Notes: a model not told the origin generated them from the sequence alone. DNA of 64,000 nucleotides from Octopus sinensis (GCF_006345805.1 NC_043013.1:44578001-44642000); one strand, 5' to 3'; numbered from the stretch's first letter, positions 36,086 to 49,152 are shown. Numbers and translations: made by a program.

Positions 36086-36175
<90 letters not shown>
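35104..36175 (+). mobile_element. Putative internally deleted non-LTR retroelement (5' leader, ORF1-like N-terminus, 3' UTR, (TATC)n tail)
   Basis: Non-repetitive 185-codon ORF between microsatellites, ending in a (TATC)n run; no APE or RT motifs between them. Confidence 0.45.
35266..35823 (+). CDS. 185-aa ORF, probably a retroelement ORF1/gag N-terminal fragment
   Basis: Intronless ATG-to-stop ORF with a 36-bp internal duplication (ANMWEEEGKS x2); no recognised host domain. Confidence 0.35.
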   Translation: MNLPPIFSESEENFENLCEGMKANMWEEEGKSKEANMWEEEGKSIEASHARVTKADDKMSSEATKQEEKSKINFASAAIRPCENIVINKEELKKYQGLLKKGDNVKLLPPSELIYATERKTVIYKTYVKNKKINFVPREAIEKCLRPDKRTCCLTFHLEATQRKERQHVLLSISLTSWRFQTKLY

Positions 36176-36176
36176 G

Positions 36177-37100
36177 TTTGGGATGTCCGATGTAGCCTAA
36201 CATCATGGGTCAGGCTACATCGGACATCCCAAACATACATATTGGAGACCACATATTACAAGAGGTGGAGAAGTTTACCTAGCTGGGCTCTACCGTCACC
36301 TACAACCTATCCCTTGACGCTGAGCTCAATATACGCATTGGCAAGGCAGCTGCTGCGATGGCCCAACTCTCCAAACGGGCTTGGGACAACAATAAGCTGA
36401 CCAAGACCACGAAAATGAAGATCTACCAGGCATGTGTACTCAGCATTCTACTGTATGGAAGTGAGACTTGGACGCTATACACACGCCAAGAGTGTCGCCT
36501 AAACATCTTTCACCTGCGCTGCCTCCGAAAAATCCTCCGCATCAAAAGGCAGAATCATATCCCCAACTAAGATGTCCTCAGGCAAGCAGGAATACCAAGC
36601 ATGTTTGCACTACTCACACAAAGACGTATGAGATGGCTTGGGCATGTTAGCCGTATGAAAGATGGCAGAATCCCCAAGGACATACTCTACGGAGAGCTTG
36701 CTAGGGGTACTAGGTCTGTGGGTAGACCGATCTTACGTTACAAGGATGTTTGCAAAAGGGACATGAAGGCCTGCAACATCAATATTAGCGGTTGGGAGGC
36801 AGTTGCCGGCAACCGTGGAGAATGGCGACGTACCTTAAAAGAGGGAATACAAAGGAGTGACAGAGAGAGAGAGGAGAAATGGAAAGACAAGAGAAGACAA
36901 CAACAAGAAACTATAGCATTACAACCAGCCAGGAACAGTCTTCGCTACATTTGCGGTACCTGCCAGAGGGAGTGTTTGTCCAGGATAGGACTACACAGCC
37001 ACAGCAGGAAATGTATCAGGACATGAAATGTAATAGCCGGACTAGACTACTTTATGCGCAACTCCATTGTCTCCCGAGACAAAAAGGATGCCAACAACAA
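36177..37100 (+). mobile_element. RTE-clade LINE 3' fragment with C-terminal C2H2-like finger
   Basis: FTYLGS, RIGKAAAAMAQL, LLYGSETW, WLGHVSRM..GRIPK.ILYGEL, CGTC..SRIGLHSH; RTE-type 3' end CCATTGTCTCCCGAGAC...CAACAAC. Confidence 0.92.
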
Positions 37101-37107
37101 CATATAT

Positions 37108-37192
<85 letters not shown>

Positions 37193-37201
37193 TATATAGA
37201 T

Positions 37202-37281
<80 letters not shown>

Positions 37282-37938
37282 AAGGGAGAGGGAGAGAAAG
37301 AAAGATGGTGGTGGTGGTGTTGATAGTGATTGAAGTGGTGAGGGTGGGGTTGAATTGACAGGTGTACGCGAATTGAAATGTGTATTGGCTCTGACTTATC
37401 GTCTTAGCTTATTTGTTACCAACGATGTGGTTCTCAGAGTATGCCATGTTGCATTAAATTTTTACCCTACGTGAAATTGCGACCCCTGCATTTTACATCT
37501 AAAATAATTCTTACAATAAATTTTTTGTTTTCTAGGTATGAAACTCAGACCTTGTAAATTTCAAAATGTAATTTTTTTTTCTTTGTTAATGGGAAAAAAT
37601 GGAAAAATAGGAGTGAATATTTATTCTATGCGTGCTGTGTATTAAGTCTATAAAATTGTGCATAAAGTATATAAAGTGCATTAAGTAATCATCGTATTCC
37701 AATATCTTTCACTTTTCAATGAGTAGCAGATGTGCGATTATTATGAAGACGAGCGGCATTTCGCTCGTCTTCATGTTCTGAGTTCAAATTCTGCTAAGGT
37801 CGACTTTGCCTTTCACCCTTTCGGGATCGATAAATTAAGAACCAGTTGAGTACTGGGACTGATGTAATCGACTTACCCCTCCCCACCAAATTGCAGGCCT
37901 TGTGTCAATAGTAGAAAAGATTATTATTATTATTATTA

Positions 37939-38014
<76 letters not shown>

Positions 38015-38015
38015 T

Positions 38016-38460
38016 ATGTTTGACTTTTGCTTTACATTTGCACAAGCTGGCTCAAAGTCTCACCCAGAGACCTCAAGGGACAGCAAGCTGGAAGTTCGTA
38101 TTGGTGTTATGCCTAGGGTGCCATATATTTGGTTTTGTACTTAGTGTTGTACTAGTGAATGTCTAAAAAACCATACGAAAATTATGTTTGTTTTAAAACT
38201 TGAGATTACATAGAAAGTATTTCGCGTAGGATATGAGCAGTTCTCATGAGCACTATCTTTTGAATTTCTGCCATTTTGGGGTTTCCTAGTATCTGAGTTA
38301 GATAGCACTCAGCTCCTTTTGCTATGATTCCCAGGGCACCTATGACAACAGGTATTGTTTTAGTCTTCAGGTTCCACATTTTGCTGATTTCTATTTCAAG
38401 ATCTTTATATTTGCTTAGTTTCTGGTAGGTCTTGACAGATACGTTTATATCGATTGGCTC
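38016..38460 (-). mobile_element. R4/Dong-like LINE 3' end (restriction-like endonuclease C-terminus) with (TAA)n tail at about 37921-38015
   Basis: KLSKYKDLEIEISKMW...PVVIGALG...IQKIVL.RTAHILR. Confidence 0.85.
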
Positions 38461-38760
38461 TTCTTCTTCTTCTTCTTCTTCTTCTTCTTCTTTTCTTCTT
38501 CTTTCTTCTTTTCTTCTTTTCTTCTTCTTCTTTTCTTTTTCTTCTTCTTCTTCTTCGTCTTCTTCTTCTCTCTTCGTCTTCTTCTTCTTCTTCTTCTCTC
38601 TTCTTCTTCTTCTTCTTCTTCGTCTTCTTCTTCTTCTTCGTCTTCTTCTTCTTCTTCTTCGTCTTCTATTCTTCTTCGCTTCTTCTTCTTCTTTCTTCTT
38701 CTTCTTCTTTCTTCTTCTTCTTCTTCTTCTTCTAATTAGTAGTAGTAGTAGTAGTAGTAT
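38459..38760. repeat. Long imperfect (CTT)n then (AGT)n microsatellite
   Basis: Direct inspection. Confidence 0.95.
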
Positions 38761-39221
38761 TAGCGGCAGCAATAGTAGTAGTTTAAATGTTTATTGTTGA
38801 TAACATTCCGTTAATCCAAAGGCAAACATGTGGTTTAGGTAGCTCTTCTTGAACCCACTTTTACCTGCCTATATATAATTTGATTTTAAACTCGAGTTTT
38901 AATTTGTCACATTTCGTTAATCGAACGGCAATCTTGAAAAAGTGTCAACTCTTGAATTAATTCAATTGTGGCGATTTTTGCAGCACGCATTAACCTTTAG
39001 GTTGGTTTTTCTCTTCAGAGTTGCGTGGTGGTTTTATAGCGAACAGTCAGTTTCTTACGGCATCTTCCTTCCTTTGCGAAATCGCGTGTTATTTGTCTAT
39101 TGTAGCTGAATAAATAAAATTGACTTTCGTGACGATACATATTAGTTATTTTTGTTTTAATCTTTTAAGTGATAATAAATCTCAGAGCGAGTTATAAACA
39201 GTAGCTACAACACATCGTGAT

Positions 39222-39600
39222 GTACATTTACCATTTAAATATGGCTAACCCCTAAGGGTGGATGCTACTGTAGTTTGTAGCCCCAGGAGGACACCTCCTC
39301 CAGCTGGCTTTGGACACACTTTCTGTGCCCTCTGTGATTGGAAAAAAGTATAAGTGTTTGTGAAGGGAACCTGCTTCTCATCGACAACTGTGATTGTCAC
39401 ACGCCGATGACGGGTCAATACTCAGAAACTCGAGTCCGTGTGTATCATAAGTTGAAGACGGGAAGGATGGCTTCCCTTCGCAAACACTGATAGGGCACAG
39501 AAAGTGTGTCTATGCCAGCTGGAGGAGGTGTCCTCCTGGGGATACAAACTACAGTAGCATCCACCCTTAGGGGTTAGCCATATTTAAATGGCAAATGTAC
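39222..39600. mobile_element. Fold-back Penelope-like terminal fragment (about 110-bp inverted arms)
   Basis: 39222-39331 versus 39492-39600 are inverted; the same family occurs uninverted at 59311-59545. Confidence 0.75.
39398..39442 (+). ncRNA. Minimal hammerhead ribozyme-like motif (U4C variant)
   Basis: CACACG-CCGATGA-14 nt-GAAA-C-TCGA-G-TC-CGTGTG: 6-bp stem I, palindromic TCGA loop, GUC triplet; no clear stem II. Confidence 0.6.
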
Positions 39601-40344
39601 GGCTTTTAAGTGGTTAGTAGTTTAATTTAAGAAATGATATTTCTTAGCAGTGCATAAATTACATTTTCTTGTGACAATTAAATACGTTTGCATCTGATTT
39701 TGAAGTTCTTGACACCAACTCTTTTCAGCTGCCATACGTATATACCGTAAATCCTCAAGTATAATCCGCCCTTTTTCCCAAAATTTAAAGGTCAAAATCC
39801 CTAGTGCGTACTATATACGAGGTTAAAAATGAAAAATATTTTCTAAGCAATGTCCGAGTCTCTGTTTGCTGTCCGGCAATTTTTATTCAGACGCATTTTG
39901 TCCCCAAACTTAGCGGTTCGGCGAAAGAGAGACCGATAGAATAAATACTAGGCTTACAAAGAATAAGTCCTGGGGTCGATTTTCTCGACTAAAGGCGGTG
40001 CTCCAGCATGGCCACAGTCACATGACTGAAACAAGTAAAAGAGTTAAAGAGTAAAATAACTCAGTCGCTGGACACGTCGTGATTCTTCTAGTTAAGCTGC
40101 AGAAGCCATTTTCCTTTCGTTTTTTTCCTTTGATGAATCTAGTGGGAGAGGCAGGGCCCATAACACTTAAGATCCCTTTGAGAGTAATGAAGGTTAAGCC
40201 TTCTGATCTTTTGTATCAACTGATGACGTCGTTCAGCCACTAAAAGCTTTTGTTGGCTTCTATTGCCGGAAACTTGACACGACTGAAACTGGGATATTCA
40301 ATATAAGGATCGCTTATGTCCGGATATCCCACTGTTGTGGTTGT

Positions 40345-40645
40345 AGGCATATATATGCAAATATATGGGAAACTACCAACTGTGTCATCTCTTGTGAAAG
40401 GTAGGAGAGTCCAGTTTGCTGGACATTGTTGTAGAGCTGAAAAAGAAGTAATTTCTACTCTTCTCCTCTGGAAGCCATCTGCTCGCAATACCAGAGGGCG
40501 CGCACTCTCCTACCCTGATGTAATCTCCAGGGATACAGGCATCCAGCAACAGGACCTCCAATCCTATGATGGACCGTGAAGTTTGGCGTAGCATGGTAAA
40601 TTCCATTGTCTCGACCACGGTCGAACAATGATGAATGATGATGAG
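40345..40645 (+). mobile_element. RTE-clade LINE 3' fragment
   Basis: IYGKLP.VS..V..RRVQFAGHC.RA..E.IS.LLLWKP...GR; ends TCGACCACGGTCGAACAATGATG. Confidence 0.75.
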
Positions 40646-40649
40646 GCAT

Positions 40650-41182
40650 GGATGGGTCCTAAAAAGTTTGCTTCCCCACGACATGGGTCCAAGTTCCAAA
40701 TTCAGTCGCACTGCGTGGCACCATGGGTAAATGTCTTCTACTATAGCCTCGGGCCGACCAAAGCCTTATGGGTGGATTTGGTAAACGGAAAAAGAAAGAA
40801 GCCAATTGTGTGTGTGTGTGTGTGCGTGCGTGTGTGTATGTCTTTGTATCTGTGTGTCCCACCACCACCACCACCACCACCACCACCACTACCAGCACCA
40901 GCACCAGCACCACCACCAGCACCAGCACAGCACCACCAGCACCACCACCAGCACCACCACCAGCACCACCACCACCACCAGCACCACCATCATCATCACC
41001 ACCACTTGACAACAGTTGTTGGTATATTTACGTCTCTCGTAACTTAGCGGTTCGGCAAAAAGTGATTAATAGAAAAGGTACAAAATTGAGTAGTGGGTGC
41101 GATTCACTCGACTAAATGTTCTTCAAAGCAGTGCCCCAGCATGGTCGCAGTCTAATGACTGGAACAAGTAAAAGACTAAAGA
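40650..41182 (+). mobile_element. SINE family A, older copy with (CCA)/(CCAGCA) expansion
   Basis: Family core CTATAGCCTCGGGCCGACCAAAGCC and 3' region. Confidence 0.75.
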
Positions 41183-41374
41183 GAAAGAGATAAATTCCCT
41201 GTGTCATGGTTCTAAAATTTGTTTCGTTTGCTCCTTCACCGAACACTCTCACTAAATCACTCGGCACAAAGAGGCTCTCTCTCAACTGCCAGATATTTAC
41301 TCGCATAACTTATGTGTGTTTGTGCACGCGTGCGTATATGCATGTGAGCGTGTGCGTATGTGAGTGTGTGTATG

Positions 41375-41443
<69 letters not shown>

Positions 41444-41533
41444 TATATATATACAATTCAATATGTGACCTCGTGAGTACCGCTGGCGATTTTTTCCTCT
41501 GTCTTCCCTTCTCGGGACCTTTCCTTCTCCTAT

Positions 41534-41568
41534 GTTTCCGACGAAGAGCTCCGCTCGAAACGTTAAAC
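41534..41568 (+). ncRNA. Minimal hammerhead ribozyme motif in a Penelope-like fragment (about 41455-41670) inside (TA)n
   Basis: GTTT-CCGACGA-a-GAGC-tcc-GCTC-GAA-ACGT-T-AAAC: 4-bp stems I and II, palindromic ACGT stem III. Confidence 0.62.
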
Positions 41569-41665
41569 CCTCCTTCTTCCCTTCTTTCCTGAGCGTCCAA
41601 TAATACTTTATTTGTTCCACGTCCTCACGTTGTTGTGTTTTGTTTTTGTGTTTTCTTGTTTGGAT

Positions 41666-41744
<79 letters not shown>

Positions 41745-41880
41745 TGTGCGTGTGCAAGAATTTCTATGTATGCATGCATATATATGCATATATAAATACA
41801 CACAAATACACGCACACACATACATATAGTTCAAATTTACAGAAAACAAAAGACGAAGACAGATGAAGGAACAAGCAGTA

Positions 41881-41916
<36 letters not shown>

Positions 41917-42001
41917 TGTATATACATATGTGTATATATATATATATGTATGTATATATATATATATATAGATATATATGTGTGTATATGTATATATATA
42001 T

Positions 42002-42097
<96 letters not shown>

Positions 42098-42449
42098 GGG
42101 CATATATAACAAAAATACATATGCACTTACACGCATACACGCATACACACATACACACACATACAGGCATGCGCACGCATATGTTTCAATGAATGTAAAG
42201 ATGATGACGATGATGATGATGATCATCATGATCCTGATGATGGCGATGATCGTGATGATGATGATGTAAAGATAATATAAAGAAATTTAAACTATCTCTG
42301 TGCGTAGTAAACACCGTTTCCAAGCCAGTAATCGAAGTTTGTCCCAGAGGCACGCGGTTGTATTTATGAAGGATACAAAACTTAATAAAATGAAAATATA
42401 ATGACACCGATTATCTCAAGCACAAAAATATTGCGAGCGAAATAGTTTC

Positions 42450-42603
42450 GTCATAATTCATGATCATCGTCGACGCCATCGTCGTTGTAGTTGTGATCGT
42501 CATCATCGTCGTCATCATAATCATCATTATCATCACCATCATCACCTTCATCACCATCATCATCATCATCACTATCATCCTCACCTTCATCAGCAGCAGC
42601 GTC

Positions 42604-42635
<32 letters not shown>

Positions 42636-42737
42636 CATCATTCTCCTCCTCCTCCTCATCATCATCATCACCATCACCATCATCATCACCACCATCATCA
42701 TCATCATCATCATCATCACCATCACCATCACCATCAC

Positions 42738-42779
<42 letters not shown>

Positions 42780-42843
42780 TATCATCATCATCGTCGTCGT
42801 CGTCATCCTCACCACCACCAACACCACCACCACCACCACCAAC

Positions 42844-42877
<34 letters not shown>

Positions 42878-42890
42878 TCAATTTGTCGTC
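42450..42890. repeat. (CAT)n/(CAC)n microsatellite
   Basis: Direct inspection; source of the poly-M/I/H ORFs. Confidence 0.95.
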
Positions 42891-43046
42891 GTCGCCATGG
42901 TCGTCATCGCTATCGTATCAGCTTACTGGTTAGGAGAGAGATAAAAAGGATGATAATGATGTGATGTTAGTAGTGGTGAGGGTGGTTATGATGATGATGA
43001 TGATGATGATGATACTCATTATCATGTTGCTGCTACTGTTGCTGCT

Positions 43047-43414
43047 TGTTTGTTTGTTGAGCGAAGCGGTCTGCGTCCCAGTGGGAGAAGTCCGAAACGT
43101 GGTCCTTTGCTATTCGTAAGACCCACCGAAGAGAGAGCTGGTCACCTTCAGACACCGAGAGCATCGACGGATGGATGAATGCGCATCCAGGCTCAGCGGT
43201 TGCGTAGGAAGTCGGGGACAAGAAACAAGAAGAAAGAATGAGAGAAAGTTGCAGTGAAAGAGTACAACAGGGGTCGCCACGACACCCTGTCGGAGCATCG
43301 TGAGCTTTAGGTGTTTTCGCTCAATAAACACACACAACGCCCGGTCTGGGAATCGAAACCGCGATCCTCCGACCGTGAGTCCGCTGCCCTAACCATTGGG
43401 CCATTGCGCTTCCA
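43047..43414 (-). mobile_element. tRNA-headed SINE family D
   Basis: Head is the reverse complement of 51191; approximate 14-bp TSD CTACTGTT(G/A)CTGCT. Confidence 0.82.
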
Positions 43415-43440
43415 CTACTGTTACTGCTCCTGATGCTGCT

Positions 43441-43885
43441 GAAATACATAGAGACAGGCAAATAAATGCGAACAGACCAGACATCGTCATCAAAGACCTA
43501 AAACAAAGGTAAACGTACTCAGTGGGAGCAGAAACATGAAAGGCGTCAGTGAAGACGTAGAGCAAAGTGTAAATGTAAATACATTTTCAGCAAATGAAGC
43601 AGAAGCAATAGGAAGATCTATATCACAAGAATACAATGATGACCAACAAGATATAGTGATGACGCTGTGCCGATATATTAGAGAAGACCAGGTTCAAACA
43701 CCCACCAACCTGAAGTGCATTGATCGACGCAAGCTCAAAGTTGAAACCGAAAAGATAGATTCGGTTCTTGGGCTATTCCAGACGAGAAATATAACTGAAA
43801 CTAACAAGATTATTTGGTCTGCCGCTATGGCTGCTGCAGATAGAGTTGGTTACAAAACAAAAAACAAAAAAGAAACAACCAGCAT
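43441..43885 (+). mobile_element. R4/Dong-like LINE fragments (RLE NRPDIVIKD motif joined to an N-terminal LKCIDRRKLK...NITETNK segment)
   Basis: Peptide motifs typical of RLE-type non-LTR elements. Confidence 0.6.
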
Positions 43886-43904
43886 TTTTTCAGTAGCGAG
43901 TTCG

Positions 43905-44125
43905 GTTCACAGATCAGGCTGCGTGTTGTGTTCTTGAGCAAGACACTTTATTTCACGTTGCTCCACTTCACTCAGCTGTAGAAATGAGTTGCGACGTCAC
44001 GGGTGCCAAGCTGTATCGGCCGTTGCCTTTCCCTTAGATAACATTAGTGCCGTGGAGAGGGAAGGTTAGTATGCATGGGCGACTGCTGGTCTTCCACCCT
44101 ATGGTCATTCGTGACCGAGGGGGGT
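43905..44125 (+). mobile_element. SINE family C, partial
   Basis: Core shared with 53234-53570. Confidence 0.78.
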
Positions 44126-44316
44126 GTTTACCCTTTACTCTTTGTTACCCTATAAACTCCACCTTCAGTTTCCATACTAACGATTTTTTTGACTTCTATC
44201 ACCTCGAAGGAATTTCCTTTGGTTGTTAGATTATATCGTCGCGCCTTCTTGAATGCATTGGTATAAAAACATACAGTTACTCTTTATTATGGATTTGGCA
44301 GACTGGTAAAGGCTAT

Positions 44317-44359
44317 GTTTAGCTGAAGAGGTCTAATAAGACCAAAACATGTACAAAAT
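44317..44359 (+). ncRNA. Decayed minimal hammerhead motif (G12A)
   Basis: GTTTAG-CTGAAGA-GGTC-taataa-GACC-AAA-ACATGT-A-CAAAAT; core AAAA instead of GAAA. Confidence 0.45.
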
Positions 44360-44514
44360 TATCACTGTTTCTACCAAAGTTCAAATTAATTCCCACTATT
44401 ACTCTCCCATCGTTTTCTTAATTTCTAATTTCAATTAGAAGACCCGCCTCAAAAATTTCCGTCCGACCCGTAAGAGTATTGGAAAAGTGGACGGTAAAAC
44501 GACGTCGACGACAA

Positions 44515-44745
<231 letters not shown>

Positions 44746-45692
44746 CGTTGATGATTAGGGTAATGAAAACGACGACCATGATGAAAATGAGATCTGGAGT
44801 TGCCTCCCCAGCCCGTCTTGGCTCGATTTTATGCATTTATTGGATGTTTACTTCTCAACAGTAGAGGAACATTCTTGATCTGTTATCGCTTTCTTGCTTG
44901 TCACATTAGGTGTGTTTGCACTTAGTAGCAAAGATAGGTTTATCTGCCTGTCTGCCTGCTCGATCATGGCTGACTTAGAGATGACTTCGAAAAAAAAAAG
45001 CGAGAGAGAGAAAAAAAAAAGAGAAAAGGTGTAAAGAAATGTACGTTACTTTTTTTTTGGCGTATGAGAGTGTTGTACGAAAAACAACCGCAGCACACAA
45101 GAACGATTGTTACATAAACAAATAGAGCCAGAATAAAAAACAAAAGCAACAACGGCAACAACAACAACAAAAACAAACAAAACACAAACAGAGAAGCAAA
45201 ACTTGAAAACAGCTTCAACTGTTTATTTTGTTTTTATGCTTTCATATTTGCATGTTTACGCATTTGCCATTTACACGTTATCGATAAAACACAAATATCC
45301 CGAGTCTTTCTTTCTCTTTCTTTTCCACTCACACACTCTCTCTCTCCATTTTCTCTCTCTCACACACACACATACATACACACGTACATACATACATACA
45401 TACATACCTACATACGTACATATTTATAGCTCAATAAGTATTCGGTCTGTTGCCATAGTAACGAAGCTAAAACACGCATCACACCACCACCACCTTCACC
45501 GCTGCTGCCGCCACTGCCGCCACCGCCACCGCCGCCGCCGCCGCCGCTTACAATGCATTGCTTACCTATGCTTTTTGATTGAACTGAATAAATCTTTTTT
45601 CAAATATCACCATTGTAGGTATTTATACTCCGATGAAATTAAGAAATTGACTCGTAAATAAGCGAAACCCGCGAATCCATCAGTGTACACAC

Positions 45693-45747
<55 letters not shown>

Positions 45748-46546
45748 CGCATATGTATGTATATATGTATGCACACGTGTCTACGCGCGTAGGTACACCA
45801 TAATCTATACACACGCAGACGAGGGTCGATTCATATGAAAAAGAAAGTGAACAAAATAATATGACCACTTTCTCATCGGGAAATTTGTAAGTTCGATTTA
45901 AAAATTTTCCTTTTTTTTAAGTATCACCGTTATAGGTTAACTCCAGTTAAATTAAGAAATCAAGTTGTAAATAAACGAAACCCTCGAATCCATCACTGTA
46001 CACACACGCGCACGCACAAACACATACACAAACACACACACGCACGCACACATGTACACATACACACATCCTCACATACACACACAGTTGGATATGTATA
46101 TATGTATGTACGTATATATGTACGAATGTATGCATGTATGTATGTACGCACACGTGTCAACTTGATTAGGTACACCATAATCTATACACACGCAGGCGAG
46201 AGTCGATTCATATGAAAAAGAAAGTGAACAAAATAATATGACCACTTGCTTATCGGGAAATTTGTAAGTTCGATTAAAATTTTTTTCTTTGTCAAATATA
46301 ACCGAACCAAATGTTTATCACTTCGAGCCATTCACCCAAAGAGTATTTCTGCCAAATGTAGTGAAAATCCGTTCAGCCGGTTTCCAGGAATTTTGCAAAC
46401 ACACAGACAAAGACAAGTGATTACAATACTCTCCTTTCGCTTACGCGCGCAGGGTAATAACAATAAACAAATAAGCAACAAGAAAAAATTTCAAAACAAC
46501 CTAGAAAAATAACAGTGACAAAATTACATGTAAAGATGCACACACT

Positions 46547-46591
<45 letters not shown>

Positions 46592-47189
46592 CAATTATTT
46601 TTCTCACTCACATACACACACACATCAACTATTTTTCTCACTCATACACACACACACATACGCACACACACACACACAAAGCGGCATACACTAACACACA
46701 TCACAATCCGCATACCCATACGCAAACATACACGCATGTCCATATTCATCTAGACAAATACAGCCACGATCACACCCACCACGCACGTATGCACCTACTC
46801 GCGTATAAATACATACACACCTACAAATACGCAGAAGTGAAACTTAGCGTCACAGTCAATTAAACCATGAAACGTAATAAATATAAGCAACGTTGTAAAA
46901 ACCTGGAATGATAAAATGAAACGGAAAGAAATTTCTAAATTTTTTTTGTAGTTGTTAAGCATCAAATTTACAAAAATGAAATATATACATACATGCAGAT
47001 AGATGCATATGCATACATATATAAAAGCACAAACCTACACACACGCACATGTATACAAGTACAAGCATAGATATACATACGTTTACATACATACACACAT
47101 GCATGTACACACACACGTATGTATGTCATTATTAAGTTTATTCCAAGATTTCTTGCCAATAGAGAAAGAACCGGTTTCTAATCTAGCTC

Positions 47190-47520
47190 CAAGGCGACTT
47201 TATTGGAATTTCAAAATCAACAACAGGGTATTTTTGCTTACACTGCAACATAATTTCTTTTCCTCAACAGGCCCTGCCCTATTTAACATTGTCCCGAAAG
47301 AGATCAAAGAGGAAAAGGATCCCATCAACTTTAAACGGAGTCTGGATAGATTCCTTCAAGGAATACCAGATAAGCCACCCATAATTGGATACAACTCACC
47401 CAACAAAACTCACTACTTGATTGGACCATAAACAAAATTTGTCTTAAACAGGATTTAGATAATCCTATCATGTGGTGCTATTAAGTTAGTTATGACCTGG
47501 ACCAATGTGTGATCGAAATA
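47190..47520 (+). mobile_element. CR1/L2-group LINE 3' end
   Basis: FFSSTGPALFNIVPKEIK....FKRSLDRFL..IPDKP motif. Confidence 0.7.
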
Positions 47521-47605
47521 TATCTAAGTTTTATCTAAGTTTTATGCATGTATGTATGTATGTATGTATGTATGTATGTATGTATGTATGTATGTATGTA
47601 TGTAT

Positions 47606-48465
47606 GTTTGTGTAGATTTGTATGTTTTATGTATGTATTCTCATGCATATTGTTGCATATCTAGATATGCTCATATATATTTGAATGATAAACTTCTGGA
47701 AAGTTTTACAGATTTTTACAGTTCCAGTAGTGGATTGGATCTGTAGTGTTCGAATTAGCTTTCTCTTTTCTGGTTTTGAGAAGCCTAATTTCTCAAGATT
47801 GGTATTTAGGCAATGTGTTACATGTCCCAGGGCCTCAATAATTTCAGGTATAAACCTGAACTTGTAATCTGCATATTTCGCAATAGTTCAGCATAAGTGT
47901 TCTCTTTTTCACTGATCTTCAGCTTTATGTTACCATCCGCTGGGCAGCAAATTTCCACAACTGTGCACAGTATTTCTTCTCTATCCGAAATCATTATATC
48001 AGGTCTGTTGTGCTTACATTTTACTGAGGTCTTCACTGGGGCATTCCACCAGTATTCCTTTTTATTATGAGTGGCTATGGCTTCTACCATATTGTGGGTT
48101 CTTATTTCTTTGTCCTCGAGATTCTCTTTCCGACGGATTTCATTATAGAGTGTCCTCGCTACAACATCATATCTCATCGGTAGATAATACCATGATGACA
48201 TTTTCGAACAGCTGCTTATGATATGGGTGATATCTTCAGTGTTAACTCCCCAAAGTCTGCATCGGTTGTCACATTTTACTGCTTTTCCTGCATCTCTATC
48301 CCTTTTGTGAATCAGGTACTTGGTTGATATTTCCTGTTCCTGCATTGCAAACACATACCCTTCAAAGTGAAAAGTAGTAAGCCGGCTATTGGTCCGTGAT
48401 AAACTGCTTTGATGATCGATATTACTTTTATCACGGAATTTTCTAACATATCCATGCATAATCGT
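47606..48465 (-). mobile_element. R4/Dong-like LINE 3' fragment (CCHC remnant plus RLE)
   Basis: EGYVFAMQEQEISTKY, CRLW...EDITHIISSC, HNRPDIMI, VEICCP, EKENTY; (TACA)n tail. Confidence 0.88.
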
Positions 48466-48540
48466 ATATTTTTCTGAATTATTTGTAAAAGTCATTGTTT
48501 GTACTGGTAAAAATTCTGAAAGTTTTTAAAAAAACTTCGC

Positions 48541-48756
48541 GCGTGTGTGTATGTATGTATGTATGTATGTATGTATGTATGTATGTATGTATGTATGTAT
48601 GTGTGTATGTATGCATGTATGTCATGTATGTATGTATGTATGTATGCATGCATGTATGTATGTATGTATGTGTGTGTGTATGTATGTATGTATATGTGTG
48701 AGTGTTTATGTATCTCAATTTGATCATGCATGCATTTATGCATAATGTATGTATGC

Positions 48757-48834
<78 letters not shown>

Positions 48835-48838
48835 TTAG

Positions 48839-48911
<73 letters not shown>

Positions 48912-48912
48912 G

Positions 48913-48999
<87 letters not shown>

Positions 49000-49008
49000 C
49001 GTCCGTCC

Positions 49009-49050
<42 letters not shown>

Positions 49051-49101
49051 ATGTATGTATGTATGTATGTATGTATGTATGTATGTATGTATGTATGTAT
49101 G

Positions 49102-49135
<34 letters not shown>

Positions 49136-49152
49136 TGTATGTATGTATGTAT
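48541..49152. repeat. Compound tetranucleotide array (TATG)n-(TATC)n-(TGTC)n-(TATG)n
   Basis: Direct inspection. Confidence 0.95.

Noticed and set aside
38206-38800. Poly-Arg/Glu/Leu ORFs
   Set aside because: Translations of the (CTT)n array; only the last roughly 80 codons of the minus ORF are real, and they are retroelement-derived.
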